NCBI GenBank assembly: GCA_963514005.1 | Contig: OY740813.1 | Coordinates: 14,818,001 to 14,882,000, forward strand | Length of the DNA: 64,000 bases | Source: Raja brachyura | Taxonomy: Eukaryota | Reading direction: 5' to 3' | Part shown: piece after piece, positions 62,151 through 64,000 of the stretch | Layout of the letters: every line of letters begins with the position of its first letter | Numbering within the stretch: position 1 is the stretch's first letter | Notes under the pieces: model-generated | Told to the model about the DNA's origin: nothing | The model's input: the letters and a program-made list of their open reading frames with translations, nothing else | The model's database searches: none | Made by a program: the position numbers and the translations under genes

Positions 62151-64000
62151 GTGGATGGCAAAACCCCGGGAAGCTGGAAATATGCTCTTTGGGGCCCAAA
62201 ACGTCACCCATTCCTTCTCTCCAGAGACGGCTGCCTGTCCTGCTGAGTTACTCCAGCATTTTGTGTCTATCTTAGGACATTTGATAACCTATTTAAAGCC
62301 AATGAAGCGTTCACATAAAATTAAGGGAAGTTGGGTGAGGTCACAGTGGAAAACCAGAAAAAGCAGTCACTTTTCACAATTGACAAGGGTTGTGCAAATA
62401 TATGTAAGAGATATCTTCTACGGGGAACTGGAAACTTTTCGAATTGTTGCACCATGGTAAGTGGTCAAATGGTCTGTGGATCCTGTGCGATAACTCCTGG
62501 TGAATCACTTGCATTCGTGCCATTCCATATAGGAAGATACATTGTAGGGTCCAAGCAGAAGGGTGTCATTAAATTGATCTTTGAAAGAGCCGGCATAAAC
62601 TCAATGAGCCAAACCCCCTGCCTCTGCACTACTCTGTGCTTTGTTGTGATATATTTTCAAGGATTAAACATATTGATGACAGAAAAAGCCTTACCAGCAC
62701 CTATTTGTTTACTAAAAAAGCAATTCTAATCTGTGATCGAAATAATTTTTTTTGCGTAAACAAATTAATTTAATGTTCTCTTGAGTTTTCCCCGCTGTTG
62801 CTTAAAACAATGTCTAAGGGAATAATCTTTCATTCCTAAAATCTTCAGAATCCTGAGTGGTTGCAGACTCAAGAGAAGGTTTATAGCACCAAGACCCAAT
62901 AAAAGAGATATCACTATCATTCACTGATGCAACAAGAGTTGCTGATCACATGTATTAGCACAACCCCCAAGGCTCAGTAATCCAAAGATCCCTATTCTTT
63001 GCTGAAGATGCTTCAGAGCAGCAAATAGCAGGCACCTAAGTCTCTCCAACATAATATTGGGCTTGTTGAATCCTCCAGATTGTCTGTGGAGGTTAGGACG
63101 TTCTCATACCAACAATCTATTGAGTTAAATGAATTCCCATACATGGTCAGAAATGGGCAGCCACATTCGGAAGATGCTGCAATCTTGAACAAAATACAAA
63201 GTGCTGGAGGAACTCGGCGAGTCAATGTGAAGAAGGGCCCCTACACAAAACGACACCTGTACATTCCCTCCACAGATGCTACCTGACCCACTGAGTTAAC
63301 CGGCATTCTGCTTACTAAGAAATACCAAGAAATAAATCCTGCAAACCCAGGATCTTCTGTACCAGGTGTTGGTGGGGAATTTTTAACAACTATTTATAGT
63401 TGCTACTTCTACAATCCATTCCCCTCATTAGTGGTTCCTCATTTTGTTTCTGCCATCCTGCTCGTTTACGAAACATACCATAAATAATTACTGATGAGAT
63501 ACAGTATTATTTTGAAAAGAAATGTTAAGCCAGGCTGTGCATTACTCTTGGATCAGGAAAGTAGGAAGCTATAATTTATAATATGGCATTTCGTAAATGT
63601 TTTTACCCATTTTGATCATTATTTTACTGTGAATATGAATGAGAAGATTATGCCGATAGGATTTTGGTTTCCTACTGTGATGGGTGAATTATTGGTTCAA
63701 AGCAGAGCTATTTCCCATAATCTGGGTGAAGGGCACAAATCCTACCATGTTTGGCATGCACGAAACTGTGGCAAGTGATTATTGTAAAAAACACAATATA
63801 TGCTCCATCTTTATTTGTAGATTAAACTTTACGTTGTACATTGAAATATTACATTCATTCTGTAACATATCATTGAGAGTCATTGAGAACGGACCTGATC
63901 ACCTGGCATTCTAATAGAAATTATTGAATAGGACATTGTACCTTGGGGTCTGATAGAATGTGCTTTAAAGTGCTGGGCCTGCTGCGTCTGTGCTTCAAGT

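Overview
Eukaryotic, repeat-rich vertebrate DNA. The repeat content (HER1/CR1 LINEs, HE1-type V-SINEs, SacSINE1/Deu-SINEs, Penelope-like elements) points to a cartilaginous fish, probably a skate or ray; this is inference. The window holds the 5' part of one minus-strand gene, SH2D3C (NSP3/CHAT/SHEP1). Coding exon 1 (60712-60694), exon 2 (37364-36704) and exon 3 (20250-20211) splice in frame to 240 codons (MSLKKLKFFKFKGFGSL...RSSEMYTYIGTMPR...SEYVK). An internal alternative first exon (31262-31222) gives a short isoform. I did not find the SH2/GEF-like exons; they presumably lie left of base 1. The introns are filled with decayed transposons. Most notable: (i) a high-copy family of short Penelope-derived fold-back insertions carrying minimal hammerhead-ribozyme cores (CTGAAGA..GAAACGTC), often on both strands, with 11-20 bp target-site duplications and an asymmetric ~35 nt tail; (ii) three PIF/Harbinger-type MITEs with TTA duplications; (iii) a Vingi-like LINE 3' end; (iv) a decayed tRNA-Asp gene; (v) a degenerate ~50 bp hairpin-bearing tandem array just upstream of the first exon. 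There is no CRISPR, operon or prokaryotic feature. Repeat boundaries are approximate unless a TSD is given, and family names come from recalled motifs, not a database search.
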